A program made the translations under genes and the position numbers. From the IMG/VR virus record IMGVR_UViG_3300025277_000014: DNA of 20,000 bases; one strand, given 5' to 3'. The notes below the pieces were generated by a model. It saw nothing but the letters and a program-made list of their open reading frames with translations, searched no databases and was not told the origin of the DNA. This stretch comes from an uncultured virus (IMG/VR IMGVR_UViG_3300025277_000014) (lineage: Duplodnaviria > Heunggongvirae > Uroviricota > Caudoviricetes). Position 1 is the stretch's first letter; every line of letters starts with the position of its first letter. Shown here piece by piece: positions 8,423-15,926 of the stretch.

Positions 8423-8560
8423 TTAGCCTCCTTGGCGATTATACTTCTTCCAGGATCGTCGCTTGTGCTTATTCTTCGGCTTCGACCTAGGAGATCTTCC
8501 TATACTAGTCCTTTTTTTGACGGGTGTAAAGTATGATGAACGCGTGAATATTTGAACCAC
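8423..8560 (-). CDS. 45-aa basic microprotein (not in ORF track)
   Basis: Manual translation from GTG 8560, which overlaps the csp stop (TAGTG): MVQIFTRSSYFTPVKKRTSIGRSPRSKPKNKHKRRSWKKYNRQGG. Ends 1 nt before the next ATG. Confidence 0.7.
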   Translation of the reverse strand: MVQIFTRSSYFTPVKKRTSIGRSPRSKPKNKHKRRSWKKYNRQGG

Positions 8561-8763
8561 TAGCCTACAATTTTCCTGACGTTAATTGCGTTTTCTTTCC
8601 CCTTGTTCTCCCCTATCTCGAATTCTATCTCTTCTCCTTCTGTGAGTGTGTCAATACCCGCTTTTTCCAAAGCCGATACGTGCAAAAAGACATCCTTGCC
8701 TTCTTGTTCAATAAATCCATATCCTTTGGCGGGATTAAACCATTTAATTTTTCCTGTAGTCAT
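8560..8763 (-). CDS. csp: Cold-shock domain protein (CspA family)
   Basis: GKIKWFN; RNP1 KGYGFI; RNP2 DVFLHVSAL; 67 aa. Confidence 0.95.
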   Translation of the reverse strand: MTTGKIKWFNPAKGYGFIEQEGKDVFLHVSALEKAGIDTLTEGEEIEFEIGENKGKENAINVRKIVG

Positions 8764-8777
8764 TAGTTTCCTTATAG

Positions 8778-9092
8778 TTATTTATTATTCCATTTTTCCT
8801 TGGACCTAAGTGTCCATCTCTCAAATGCTTCTTTGCTTATTTCTTTCTTTATCATCTTCGCCCCTTCGGGGAGATCCGTATGTAATGTCAATATTTCCCC
8901 GTCATCACTCAATTCCACGAGTGCTGGTCCGCAGAATGCGTTCTTTGTATAATCTGTTTCCTTTTTCTTGAGTATTCTTACTTCCTTCATGCACGAAGAG
9001 AGTGATTCCATTGGAACATACTGCGTCATTCGATGCTCACTATCATTCATATTCCCGAATATGAACATGACGATTACGCTAATTACTTCCAT
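8778..9092 (-). CDS. Hypothetical protein with a hydrophobic N-terminus and two Cys
   Basis: [18 protein letters not shown]...AFCGP. Confidence 0.55.
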   Translation of the reverse strand: MEVISVIVMFIFGNMNDSEHRMTQYVPMESLSSCMKEVRILKKKETDYTKNAFCGPALVELSDDGEILTLHTDLPEGAKMIKKEISKEAFERWTLRSKEKWNNK

Positions 9093-9492
9093 TATTAGCC
9101 TCCCTTAGTTTATCCTTGAGCTTCTCCACGTCCCCCATTAAACGTTCTATGTCCTGCTGCGCTCTCTTTATATTTACGGAATTACTCATCATTGACTCCA
9201 TTTCTTCCTGCATATGCTCAAGCTGAGATGCCATAAATTCAATTAATAAATCCTGCTGACTATCCGCAGGCAGGGAACCAAGCTCTCCGCGAGGCCATTT
9301 TATGCGGAATTCCGTGTTTTTTGTGAGGTCTGACTCGGACAGTGTTACACGCGTCTCAAGAGTATTTAGCCTCTCCTGGATTCCGAAAAACGCCCAGACG
9401 CCGACGGCTGTGGCCGATAATATGGCCAAAAGGTTCCGCATAGGCATGCTGATCGCCGTTTTATCCGATACATCGAATCTGTCGTTAGCCAT
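9079..9492 (-). CDS. Single-TM plus coiled-coil membrane protein
   Basis: TM segment LLAILSATAVGVWAFFGI followed by heptad-rich helices. Confidence 0.65.
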   Translation of the reverse strand: MANDRFDVSDKTAISMPMRNLLAILSATAVGVWAFFGIQERLNTLETRVTLSESDLTKNTEFRIKWPRGELGSLPADSQQDLLIEFMASQLEHMQEEMESMMSNSVNIKRAQQDIERLMGDVEKLKDKLREANNGSN

Positions 9493-9837
9493 TTAGTCGC
9501 CGTAGCTGTATGAACCACCCTTGGTCTGGTTCTGCTGCATCATGTCAGTTGAATTATTTAAGAGGTTGAACAGCTGCTTGTGCTGGTCCATGATCTCCTT
9601 GTCTTTCTTATTTCCTTGTCTGAGGTCTTTCTTGATCTGTTTCATGTCTTGCATCAGATTTTCCAAATCAATTTTCATCTTGACCTGATTCTCAATGACG
9701 TCTTTTTTATTCTCTTCCTCGAAGCTTTTGTACATCTGATCCACGCGAGAATCAAGTTTCGAGACGTACCATATGACTGCCACACCCTGAATTATCACAA
9801 ATGCCACAACGGCGAAGGATATCTTTAATCCGTTCAT
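9493..9837 (-). CDS. Single-TM plus coiled-coil membrane protein
   Basis: Start placed at ATG 9837 (ATGA overlap); TM ISFAVVAFVIIQGVAVIWYV followed by a coiled coil. Confidence 0.65.
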   Translation of the reverse strand: MNGLKISFAVVAFVIIQGVAVIWYVSKLDSRVDQMYKSFEEENKKDVIENQVKMKIDLENLMQDMKQIKKDLRQGNKKDKEIMDQHKQLFNLLNNSTDMMQQNQTKGGSYSYGD

Positions 9838-9905
9838 TGTTGTACCGCCATAATAATTACTCCTCCAACAATCCAAATAGCATATACAGTTATAATCAAT
9901 TCCAT
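9834..9905 (-). CDS. 23-aa transmembrane micropeptide (not in ORF track)
   Basis: MELIITVYAIWIVGGVIIMAVQQ. ATG is 1 nt after the upstream TAA with GGAGG just before; its TGA overlaps the next ATG. Confidence 0.6.
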   Translation of the reverse strand: MELIITVYAIWIVGGVIIMAVQQ

Positions 9906-9906
9906 C

Positions 9907-10113
9907 TTACTCCTCCCATAAAAACTCCTGTTTCACGGTTACCTGCATTGAATCCTTTGTCTGATCCTTGCTGTCATTAGCCTTGTCCACCTCATCTTGC
10001 CCGTAGGTTGTACTTACAGTTGTTTTATGGGGTTTCATAGACATACCAGAATATACACATCCATACATATTAAGAGCACTAATGATAGCTAGGCTAAACA
10101 TTAGCCTCCACAT
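9907..10113 (-). CDS. Small putative lipoprotein / secreted protein
   Basis: Signal-like MWRLMFSLAIISALNMYG-C (atypical lipobox), followed by a polar tail. Confidence 0.5.
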   Translation of the reverse strand: MWRLMFSLAIISALNMYGCVYSGMSMKPHKTTVSTTYGQDEVDKANDSKDQTKDSMQVTVKQEFLWEE

Positions 10114-10119
10114 TATTTT

Positions 10120-10434
10120 CTATCCATAAATTACATTAACTTTAGTAGCGTGATTAAAGAAAACATAAAGATCAGTATCAAATTTTAATCCCATTTCAGG
10201 AAAATCAAATTGAAGCATGTCCTCTGCTCCTGCTTTAATAGCAGGGGTAACTTGAGTAAATTTAACAGTGCCACTTGCACCATCATCTACCAAATCAATC
10301 CTACCTTCAGTAGCACCACATTGAACAGTTAATCCTAAAACTCGTGCAGGGGCACTAAGTGTATTAGTTCCTGCCGATACTTTAGTTGTTACTTGACCAC
10401 TAGCAGTTAATTGTTTTGTTTTAACATCAAACAT
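10120..10434 (-). CDS. Conserved small beta-rich virion-associated protein
   Basis: PARVLGL...G.I.L.D.GASG...FP..GLKF.TDLYV pattern; GGAG RBS. Confidence 0.55.
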   Translation of the reverse strand: MFDVKTKQLTASGQVTTKVSAGTNTLSAPARVLGLTVQCGATEGRIDLVDDGASGTVKFTQVTPAIKAGAEDMLQFDFPEMGLKFDTDLYVFFNHATKVNVIYG

Positions 10435-10446
10435 ATTATCTCCTAT

Positions 10447-10474
10447 AAAAGGTAGGGCTTTTACACCCTACCTT
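10447..10474 (-). terminator. Probable rho-independent terminator/attenuator
   Basis: Inverted repeat aaggtaggg (10449-57) / ccctacctt (10466-74); on the minus strand it ends in CCUUUUAU. Confidence 0.6.
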
Positions 10475-10486
10475 GGTTAATTGTTA

Positions 10487-11398
10487 TTACTTAGTAGTTG
10501 AACTACCAAAGCTTCTAGAACTAATCGCTTTAACATAATCAACCCACATAATAGCTGCGGTTGTTGTATTGTTTTTAGTTCCCATCATAAGTCCTAATGC
10601 CAAATCATCAGGTAAATTAGTAGTTGCAATTGATGCGACAGGCAAAGGCTGTTTTCCAACAGGACCTAAGTATGCTTGAATCACAGCAGTATTTACATTA
10701 CCATTTGATCCTTGAGGAACAATGTTAAATCCAGCAATAAATGAATTACTTGGAGTCGCTAATTGAGTAGCACTAGCTGTTTGTAATGCACCATCTTCAA
10801 TTACAAAAGTAGATCCAGTATAAGGATCAACTAATGCATCACTTGAAGTAATAGTTCCATTCTTTTCACAATGAAGGTATAAACTTGTTCCAGCAGTAAT
10901 AGAATCAGGATCAGAAAAGTTAGAGAAATATAATCCATCAGTAATATTTACTACTCCTGAAGTTACATCTGTATCAACAAATCCAAGAACCATTTCTGTT
11001 ACTGAAACATCTTCAACTGCTACTCTAGCTTCAAAACCAGCATTCATTAGAGTGCTTAATTGAAAAGCAGTAAAAGTATTAATTTGGTTATAAGCATCAT
11101 TAGTTGCATTTACTTCATCTAATTGTAACCATCCACCTACAGCATCTGCTATTGGTGCAGCGGTTTGAGTACTAGCAGTTTGGCTTAAATACCATCCTGG
11201 TGAACCTCTTCCATTATTACTTGTATTTGTTCTTGTAATGGCTGAATAAAAATCATCCATAAACGAAGTTTGGCCTAGAAAGTCATATCCCCCACCTTGT
11301 GTGTTGGTAACGGGAAATGGATCAGGCATCATTGCGTTCTTTAACGGGCTTTTATCTTTAACCACGTTAGTAACGCCATTATTAAAATGTGTTGTCAT
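10487..11398 (-). CDS. Capsid accessory/decoration-like protein
   Basis: Follows the MCP gene; N-terminal MTTHFNNGVTNV; beta-rich, Thr/Ala-rich; strong AAGGAG RBS. Confidence 0.5.
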   Translation of the reverse strand: MTTHFNNGVTNVVKDKSPLKNAMMPDPFPVTNTQGGGYDFLGQTSFMDDFYSAITRTNTSNNGRGSPGWYLSQTASTQTAAPIADAVGGWLQLDEVNATNDAYNQINTFTAFQLSTLMNAGFEARVAVEDVSVTEMVLGFVDTDVTSGVVNITDGLYFSNFSDPDSITAGTSLYLHCEKNGTITSSDALVDPYTGSTFVIEDGALQTASATQLATPSNSFIAGFNIVPQGSNGNVNTAVIQAYLGPVGKQPLPVASIATTNLPDDLALGLMMGTKNNTTTAAIMWVDYVKAISSRSFGSSTTK

Positions 11399-11419
11399 GT
11401 CAGTCTCCTTTTAATTTGA

Positions 11420-11457
11420 CCAGTAAATACACCGTCCTCATGACGTGTATTCACCAA
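11420..11457 (-). promoter_or_regulatory. Stem-loop in the leader of the post-capsid gene
   Basis: Minus strand ggtgaatacac-gtc-atgag-gac-g-gtgtatttact: an 11-bp outer stem (with G-U pairs) and a 3-bp inner stem. Confidence 0.5.
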
Positions 11458-11481
11458 CATTAACAATGATAGTTGTAAAAC

Positions 11482-11507
11482 AAAAAAGGCGGTCTTGCAA
11501 CCGCCTT
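11482..11507 (-). terminator. Rho-independent terminator after the major capsid gene
   Basis: Minus strand aaggcggt-t-GCAA-g-accgcc-tttttt: GC-rich stem, GNRA tetraloop and U6 tract. Confidence 0.85.
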
Positions 11508-11540
11508 CTTCTATCTGGGAGGATCCAGTGTAAGTTTTGT

Positions 11541-12443
11541 CTAACTGCCTTGAGATGCGTAAACACAACGAGGATCAGAGTAACCAAAGCTATATCTCTC
11601 ACGTGCTTTGTATCTCATGTTTCCTGTATCAAAATCGCCTTCCATGCCAGTGGCAAGGGCAGCTCTTGTGAAATGTTTAAGTCCGTTAGGACAGTCGGTT
11701 TTAACGAACCATGCATCAGTATCTGTTAGATAATGGTTAACTGTGTAACCACCTGGTAGCATGCCCATATTTTTCAGAGCGTTAATATCGTTGTCAGCGG
11801 TACCGACACGAAGAGTTGAGTTCAAGACTCTGTCAACCACAAACTGAATGTTTACTGGAATAATTAATTTATTCCCTTGCATTGCAATTTTTAGTCCTCT
11901 TTCATCGATAAAACCAGCAATATCAATCATCGCCTGTTCTAATGAGGTTTCGTTAATATCTGCGTCCGTCGCAGATCTGTTAGACCAGGTTCCACCTAGT
12001 GCAGTTGGGTGAGCAGTGTTAGCTAATGTAACGCCGTCTCCACCAGTTGTTGCAAATGCTGTGTTTAATACATCAGCACCCCTAACTTGTTTAGTGTAAG
12101 CCATTGAACGTGCCAATGCCTTTGTATATCTAGCAGATAAAGTATCATATAAATTATCTTCTACAGCTTCTTCTGTTAAAGCAAATGCTAGTGCAATTGT
12201 TTCGTGAGTGTAACGTGCGGTGAAAGATTCAGAAGCGGTATCAAAACCTACTGCTGCTCCTTCTGCTTTCACGTTAGCTTGTCCGAAACCAACTAACATA
12301 ACTTCTTCTTCAAAAGCTCTATCTGATGATTCATTTTCAAAAATTTCTGCTGCTTCGTTTTCGTAGCGTGCGTATTCCAAACCGAACAGGGCATTCAACC
12401 CAGGCTCTAATTCTTTCGCAAGCTGTGCTCTATTAATAGCCAT
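11541..12443 (-). CDS. Major capsid protein (Mu gpT-like family)
   Basis: MAINRAQLAKELEPGLNALFGLEY; ESSDRAFEEEV; HETIALAFALTEEAVEDNLY; GDFDTGNMRYKARERYSFG.SDPR. Followed by a strong terminator. Confidence 0.9.
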   Translation of the reverse strand: MAINRAQLAKELEPGLNALFGLEYARYENEAAEIFENESSDRAFEEEVMLVGFGQANVKAEGAAVGFDTASESFTARYTHETIALAFALTEEAVEDNLYDTLSARYTKALARSMAYTKQVRGADVLNTAFATTGGDGVTLANTAHPTALGGTWSNRSATDADINETSLEQAMIDIAGFIDERGLKIAMQGNKLIIPVNIQFVVDRVLNSTLRVGTADNDINALKNMGMLPGGYTVNHYLTDTDAWFVKTDCPNGLKHFTRAALATGMEGDFDTGNMRYKARERYSFGYSDPRCVYASQGS

Positions 12444-12452
12444 ATCTTACTC

Positions 12453-13073
12453 CTATATTCCTGATGTTGAATCCATGTAATGGAGGTTGAGTTTTACGAC
12501 CGCTAATCGGCCTGCTGCTGTTTTGTCAACGGCTCCTGCTGCTGTTGAAGCTTGATCATCAAATCCTATAATTTTCAGATTTAATGCTGCTCCTGGAGCT
12601 GCAAGTGTACCAGTAGCTAATTCACCAAGTGAATAGCCGCTAGTATCAGTGCCGGTTATTGCTGTTGCAAGGTTAGCGTTTGCAAATAAATCTGCATCTG
12701 CTAACGCACCATCAGCGTTAATGACAAAGAGAGCGTGAGGGTTATCAGCGACAAATGCCGTAGCTTCTGTAGACGCCTTAACCGCTGCATAACCAGGCCA
12801 GTACGCTGACCAAGTTGGTGTTCCATCAGTTGCGATATATCGACAACCCATAAAGACACCTAACAAAGGTACAGTACCGCCATTGGCGTTACCAACAATA
12901 TCAATTAAACCAGTTGCTAGAGGTATCACAGGGGAACCAGTCCAAATTAAGGACGTGGAACCAGTAGTTGCTCCATCAAAGTTTAAAGGATAGGCGTTCA
13001 CGCCTTGGTTATTATAACTTGAGCCTGATCTTTCGTAAGGACGTAGACCAAAAGCCGCATTTATATTAGCCAT
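12453..13073 (-). CDS. Conserved capsid-associated protein upstream of the MCP gene
   Basis: MAN.NAAFGLRP; LLGVFMGCRY; Ala/Gly/Thr-rich; head-module position. Confidence 0.6.
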   Translation of the reverse strand: MANINAAFGLRPYERSGSSYNNQGVNAYPLNFDGATTGSTSLIWTGSPVIPLATGLIDIVGNANGGTVPLLGVFMGCRYIATDGTPTWSAYWPGYAAVKASTEATAFVADNPHALFVINADGALADADLFANANLATAITGTDTSGYSLGELATGTLAAPGAALNLKIIGFDDQASTAAGAVDKTAAGRLAVVKLNLHYMDSTSGI

Positions 13074-13076
13074 AAT

Positions 13077-13107
13077 ATGTCTCCTTTTGACAATATGATA
13101 GAGACAT
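13077..13107 (-). promoter_or_regulatory. Hairpin able to occlude the Shine-Dalgarno of gene 13073
   Basis: mRNA AUGUCUC(U)...AAG-GAGACAU: a 7-bp inverted repeat (13077-83 / 13101-07) overlapping AAGGAG. Confidence 0.4.
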
Positions 13108-13119
13108 TGGCCTTAACCA

Positions 13120-13584
13120 TTAAGACTTTTTGTTTCTACCAAATTCTACCCTACTTTGCCTCTCTTTAGAGATTGGCATTGAAGGGTGCTCTTGTTTCAT
13201 GAGATCATTTTCAATGGATGTTTTTTGATCGTCGGTTAAGCGCCTGAAGTAAGCGTCTCTGTCTTCTTTTACCTCAATCGGACATCGCATTAATAATAAT
13301 CCTCCAACTCCGATAACACCTTTGTATTTTCCCTCTAAAATGGAGGGAAGATCTACTCTGCCTGGATATTCACTTATATTAACAAATTCATATCCTGAAC
13401 GTAAACGACCCAAAATGTTTTTTTCATCTTGTTCGCCTCTGAACTCAGCACGAACCCAACGATGGTGAAAACCTTCGGGGGGATCGGGTGCTTCTAAACT
13501 TGAAGGAGGAACCCATCCTCTCTTGCGAGCTTTTATTGTTCGGGTCTCAATTTTGCGTGGGGATTTTTTTATCTTTTCAGTCAT
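13120..13584 (-). CDS. Conserved head-module protein
   Basis: WVPPSSL.AP.PPEGFHHRWVRAE..G..D.KN...RLR.GYEFV; GVIGVGGLLLMR.P. Confidence 0.65.
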   Translation of the reverse strand: MTEKIKKSPRKIETRTIKARKRGWVPPSSLEAPDPPEGFHHRWVRAEFRGEQDEKNILGRLRSGYEFVNISEYPGRVDLPSILEGKYKGVIGVGGLLLMRCPIEVKEDRDAYFRRLTDDQKTSIENDLMKQEHPSMPISKERQSRVEFGRNKKS

Positions 13585-13588
13585 TATA

Positions 13589-14575
13589 TTATGCCTCCTT
13601 CACGTGTTTTGCATATTCCTCTAATGGCACACCTAATTTTTTTGCTATCGCAACCTGCGAAGGCGTGAGTCTTACGGTTCGGCGTCCAGTTTTCGTCGAT
13701 CGATTTGCAGAAGCAACTGCCTGGACGGGTTTCAGGTTGCTACTATTTTCCCCTATCTTACTATCTTTAAAGCGATGTGGAAACTCTTTTTTTATTCTTA
13801 AGTCAATTTCTTCGTAATATTCGTCAGAACGAGGATCAAAACCCTCTTGTTCAGTTAATTGTTGATGTAATCCATAAGCAGCATAGGTCATTATTTGATC
13901 TTCACCAAACCATGAATTTTTTTCTGCCCATTCTGTAGCACGTTTATCTGGTGGCGGCGGGCTTGAAGGATTAGAGTAATAAGATCTTCTATCTGGAGTT
14001 CCATCAGCCTTGCGAGGACCCTCGTATGAAGGATCAACAATTGGTTTAATTTTTTCTAGCCTTCTTTTTTCTCTACCTACCCTATCTTCTTCTTGAGTAA
14101 GAGCGGCAATTTCACGTTGATAGTTTACTTGACCTTCAACGTCCCCGTTAGTTATAGAATTTTTTAAATTAGTTTTAGCCGCATCAATTTGAGATTCAAT
14201 GCGAGCGGATAAATCTGAAACATATAGTTTATCAGTTTCAGAAGATCTGGTTTTTAATTTAGAATTTTCTTCTTGAACTTTTTTTGCGTACTCAACAGCG
14301 GCTTGTTCACGTCGTTCAGACTCACGCATTTTTCGAGTAAGTTTGTCAATACGTTTTTTAACACCTGCGCTGTATTCCTCTAGTTCATCTTTGTTTTCGG
14401 TGGTTTCTTTAACTTCTTCTTTAACTTCTTCTTTAACTTCTTCTTTTGTTTCAGGTGGAATTTCTCTAATATTACTTTCCTCTGTTGTAACCTCTGATTC
14501 ATTTACTTCTTCTTTTAAAGTTACTTCGACATCGTTACCGCTTGTATCTAATGGAACCATTTTTTCTTCAACCAT
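13589..14575 (-). CDS. Probable capsid scaffolding protein
   Basis: Acidic N-terminus; long coiled coil (YS.GVKKRIDKLT); C-terminal VRLTPSQVAIAKKLGVPLEEYAK; lies upstream of the MCP gene. Confidence 0.7.
   Translation of the reverse strand: MVEEKMVPLDTSGNDVEVTLKEEVNESEVTTEESNIREIPPETKEEVKEEVKEEVKETTENKDELEEYSAGVKKRIDKLTRKMRESERREQAAVEYAKKVQEENSKLKTRSSETDKLYVSDLSARIESQIDAAKTNLKNSITNGDVEGQVNYQREIAALTQEEDRVGREKRRLEKIKPIVDPSYEGPRKADGTPDRRSYYSNPSSPPPPDKRATEWAEKNSWFGEDQIMTYAAYGLHQQLTEQEGFDPRSDEYYEEIDLRIKKEFPHRFKDSKIGENSSNLKPVQAVASANRSTKTGRRTVRLTPSQVAIAKKLGVPLEEYAKHVKEA
14405..14446. repeat. 12-bp tandem repeat, about 3.5 copies (EEVK units)
   Basis: ttctttaacttc at 14405, 14417 and 14429, plus a partial copy. 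Confidence 0.9.
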
Positions 14576-14584
14576 AATATTCTC

Positions 14585-15007
14585 CTAAAATAAACTTGCT
14601 GGCAGTATATCTTTTGGATGATCAATGACTGCCAGTATTTCATCGTCATTCACTATTCTCAGTTCTCCGCCTTCAATGCGAATTCTGGATCCAGCATATT
14701 TAGTAATGAGTACCCAATCAGTTACTTTACACCAAGCTCCATTTGGAAAGCGTTCTTTATCTTTGTAAGCATCAGGTCCAACCTTTAATACACGGCAAAC
14801 ATTTGTAGCTATCTGTGCTTCGGCCACAGTTTCGTCAGTAAGATGTAAACCTGCTTTCGTTTTTTTCTCTAGTAATAAAGGAAATAAAACAATCCTAAAA
14901 CCTGTGGGTTCTGGAACCTTTCCTATTTCTTTTTTTGTTTTGTAGGGTTTTTCGTTAATATCAATGATATTAGTTTCTGGTATCAAAATCTTGGGCTTCA
15001 TCTTCAT
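14585..15007 (-). CDS. groES: Phage co-chaperonin GroES (Cpn10)
   Basis: PTGFRIVL; mobile loop KTKAGLHL; VLKVGP; KYAGSRI.IEG.ELRIVNDDEILAVI. Confidence 0.85.
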   Translation of the reverse strand: MKMKPKILIPETNIIDINEKPYKTKKEIGKVPEPTGFRIVLFPLLLEKKTKAGLHLTDETVAEAQIATNVCRVLKVGPDAYKDKERFPNGAWCKVTDWVLITKYAGSRIRIEGGELRIVNDDEILAVIDHPKDILPASLF

Positions 15008-15191
15008 AGCGCTCCTGTTTTTTTAGCAGGTCCGTGAGTTCCTGTACTACTTCATTATAAGCATGTAACTTCCCTAAAAGATACTTATATTCTTCCAAGG
15101 TTTTTACATCCGATGTTATAACTTGATTTACTTGATCTTGTCTAGTTTTTATTATTTTTTTAAGATAATCTACAATTGTTACTATATCCAT
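14970..15191 (-). CDS. Small helical conserved hypothetical protein
   Basis: 73 aa; EEYKYLLGKLHAY motif; abuts the lysozyme stop and overlaps groES. Confidence 0.6.
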   Translation of the reverse strand: MDIVTIVDYLKKIIKTRQDQVNQVITSDVKTLEEYKYLLGKLHAYNEVVQELTDLLKKQERYEDEAQDFDTRN

Positions 15192-15617
15192 CTAAGAACA
15201 CTTTTTCATTATTTCGGAAAGTTCAACACATCTTCTTGGTGTCTGTTTACTCCAGCGCGAGTCAAGCATCTGTACGTGGGCCTCGAAATAGTCTTTTTCT
15301 TCCAATGCCAAAAGCATTTTTGAAAATTTCATTACGCCTGCAGTTCCAAGTTGATATACCATCTCTACAATACATTCCCAAGCATTAGGATGAAGATCTG
15401 TAATATGTCCCACCAATGTGTGGGCTCCTTCTTTAGCTTCTTGTAAATCTTTTAAAAATAATTCATAAAGTTCTTCTTCAGGGTATTCGACTTCTTCTTC
15501 AAATATATCGGTAGGTTTTACTAAATGGCCATACCCAATCGTAGAAAATCCTCTGGTATCTTTATAAATTTTTGGAACAAATCCTTCATGTTCCATAATT
15601 CTTTCCTCTAATGTCAT
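15192..15617 (-). CDS. Endolysin, T4-type lysozyme (GH24)
   Basis: Catalytic E11/D20/T26 in HEGFVPKIYKDTRGFSTIGYGH, with the same spacing as T4 lysozyme; MLDSRWSKQTPRR. Confidence 0.92.
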   Translation of the reverse strand: MTLEERIMEHEGFVPKIYKDTRGFSTIGYGHLVKPTDIFEEEVEYPEEELYELFLKDLQEAKEGAHTLVGHITDLHPNAWECIVEMVYQLGTAGVMKFSKMLLALEEKDYFEAHVQMLDSRWSKQTPRRCVELSEIMKKCS

Positions 15618-15781
15618 GTATATATTTTTGTTTGGGGTCTTTTATTTGGTAGCATACGACCAAAGCCTCTCGGTTTAACAATCACAAAACCACCATGCTT
15701 ATAATCCTTTGCCCATCTCTTAGCTATTTCTGGTTCATTAGCAAATAAAAACTTTTTTTGTTTTTCTGATTTAAACGGCAT
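15614..15781 (-). CDS. 55-aa basic protein
   Basis: Start at ATG 15781 (GGAGG upstream): MPFKSEKQKKFLFANEPEIAKRWAKDYKHGGFV...; ATGA overlap with the lysozyme gene. Confidence 0.7.
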   Translation of the reverse strand: MPFKSEKQKKFLFANEPEIAKRWAKDYKHGGFVIVKPRGFGRMLPNKRPQTKIYT

Positions 15782-15926
15782 CGGCGTCTTCCTCCTTTGG
15801 TTGATATACATATACACGGCACTTACAGTTGGGGCACGATAAATTGGTTACCATCTTATCCTCATCATCCTCTATGTCGTGGTCACCGCCCCATATTAAC
15901 TCGACGTTGCAATGCCAGCAGTTCAT
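15771..15926 (-). CDS. 51-aa Zn-ribbon protein (not in ORF track)
   Basis: MNCWHCNVELIWGGDHDIEDDEDKMVTNLSCPNCKCRVYVYQPKEEDADAV: two CxxC pairs; ATGA overlap with the upstream gene. Confidence 0.8.
   Translation of the reverse strand: MNCWHCNVELIWGGDHDIEDDEDKMVTNLSCPNCKCRVYVYQPKEEDADAV

Noticed and set aside
6998..9828. Plus-strand or nested ORFs (6998, 7081, 7933, 8603, 9302, 9580)
   Set aside because: Shadows of the continuous minus-strand operon.
11455..11490. Sigma70 promoter downstream of the MCP terminator
   Set aside because: Only weak -35/-10 matches with wrong spacing, in AT-rich DNA.
11500..11545. Programmed frameshift or read-through extension of the MCP
   Set aside because: No slippery sequence seen at the stop, and a terminator follows about 33 nt later.
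14405..14446. Tandem repeats (also 3591-3641) as a CRISPR array or origin iterons
   Set aside because: In-frame coding repeats with few copies, no spacer array and no cas genes.
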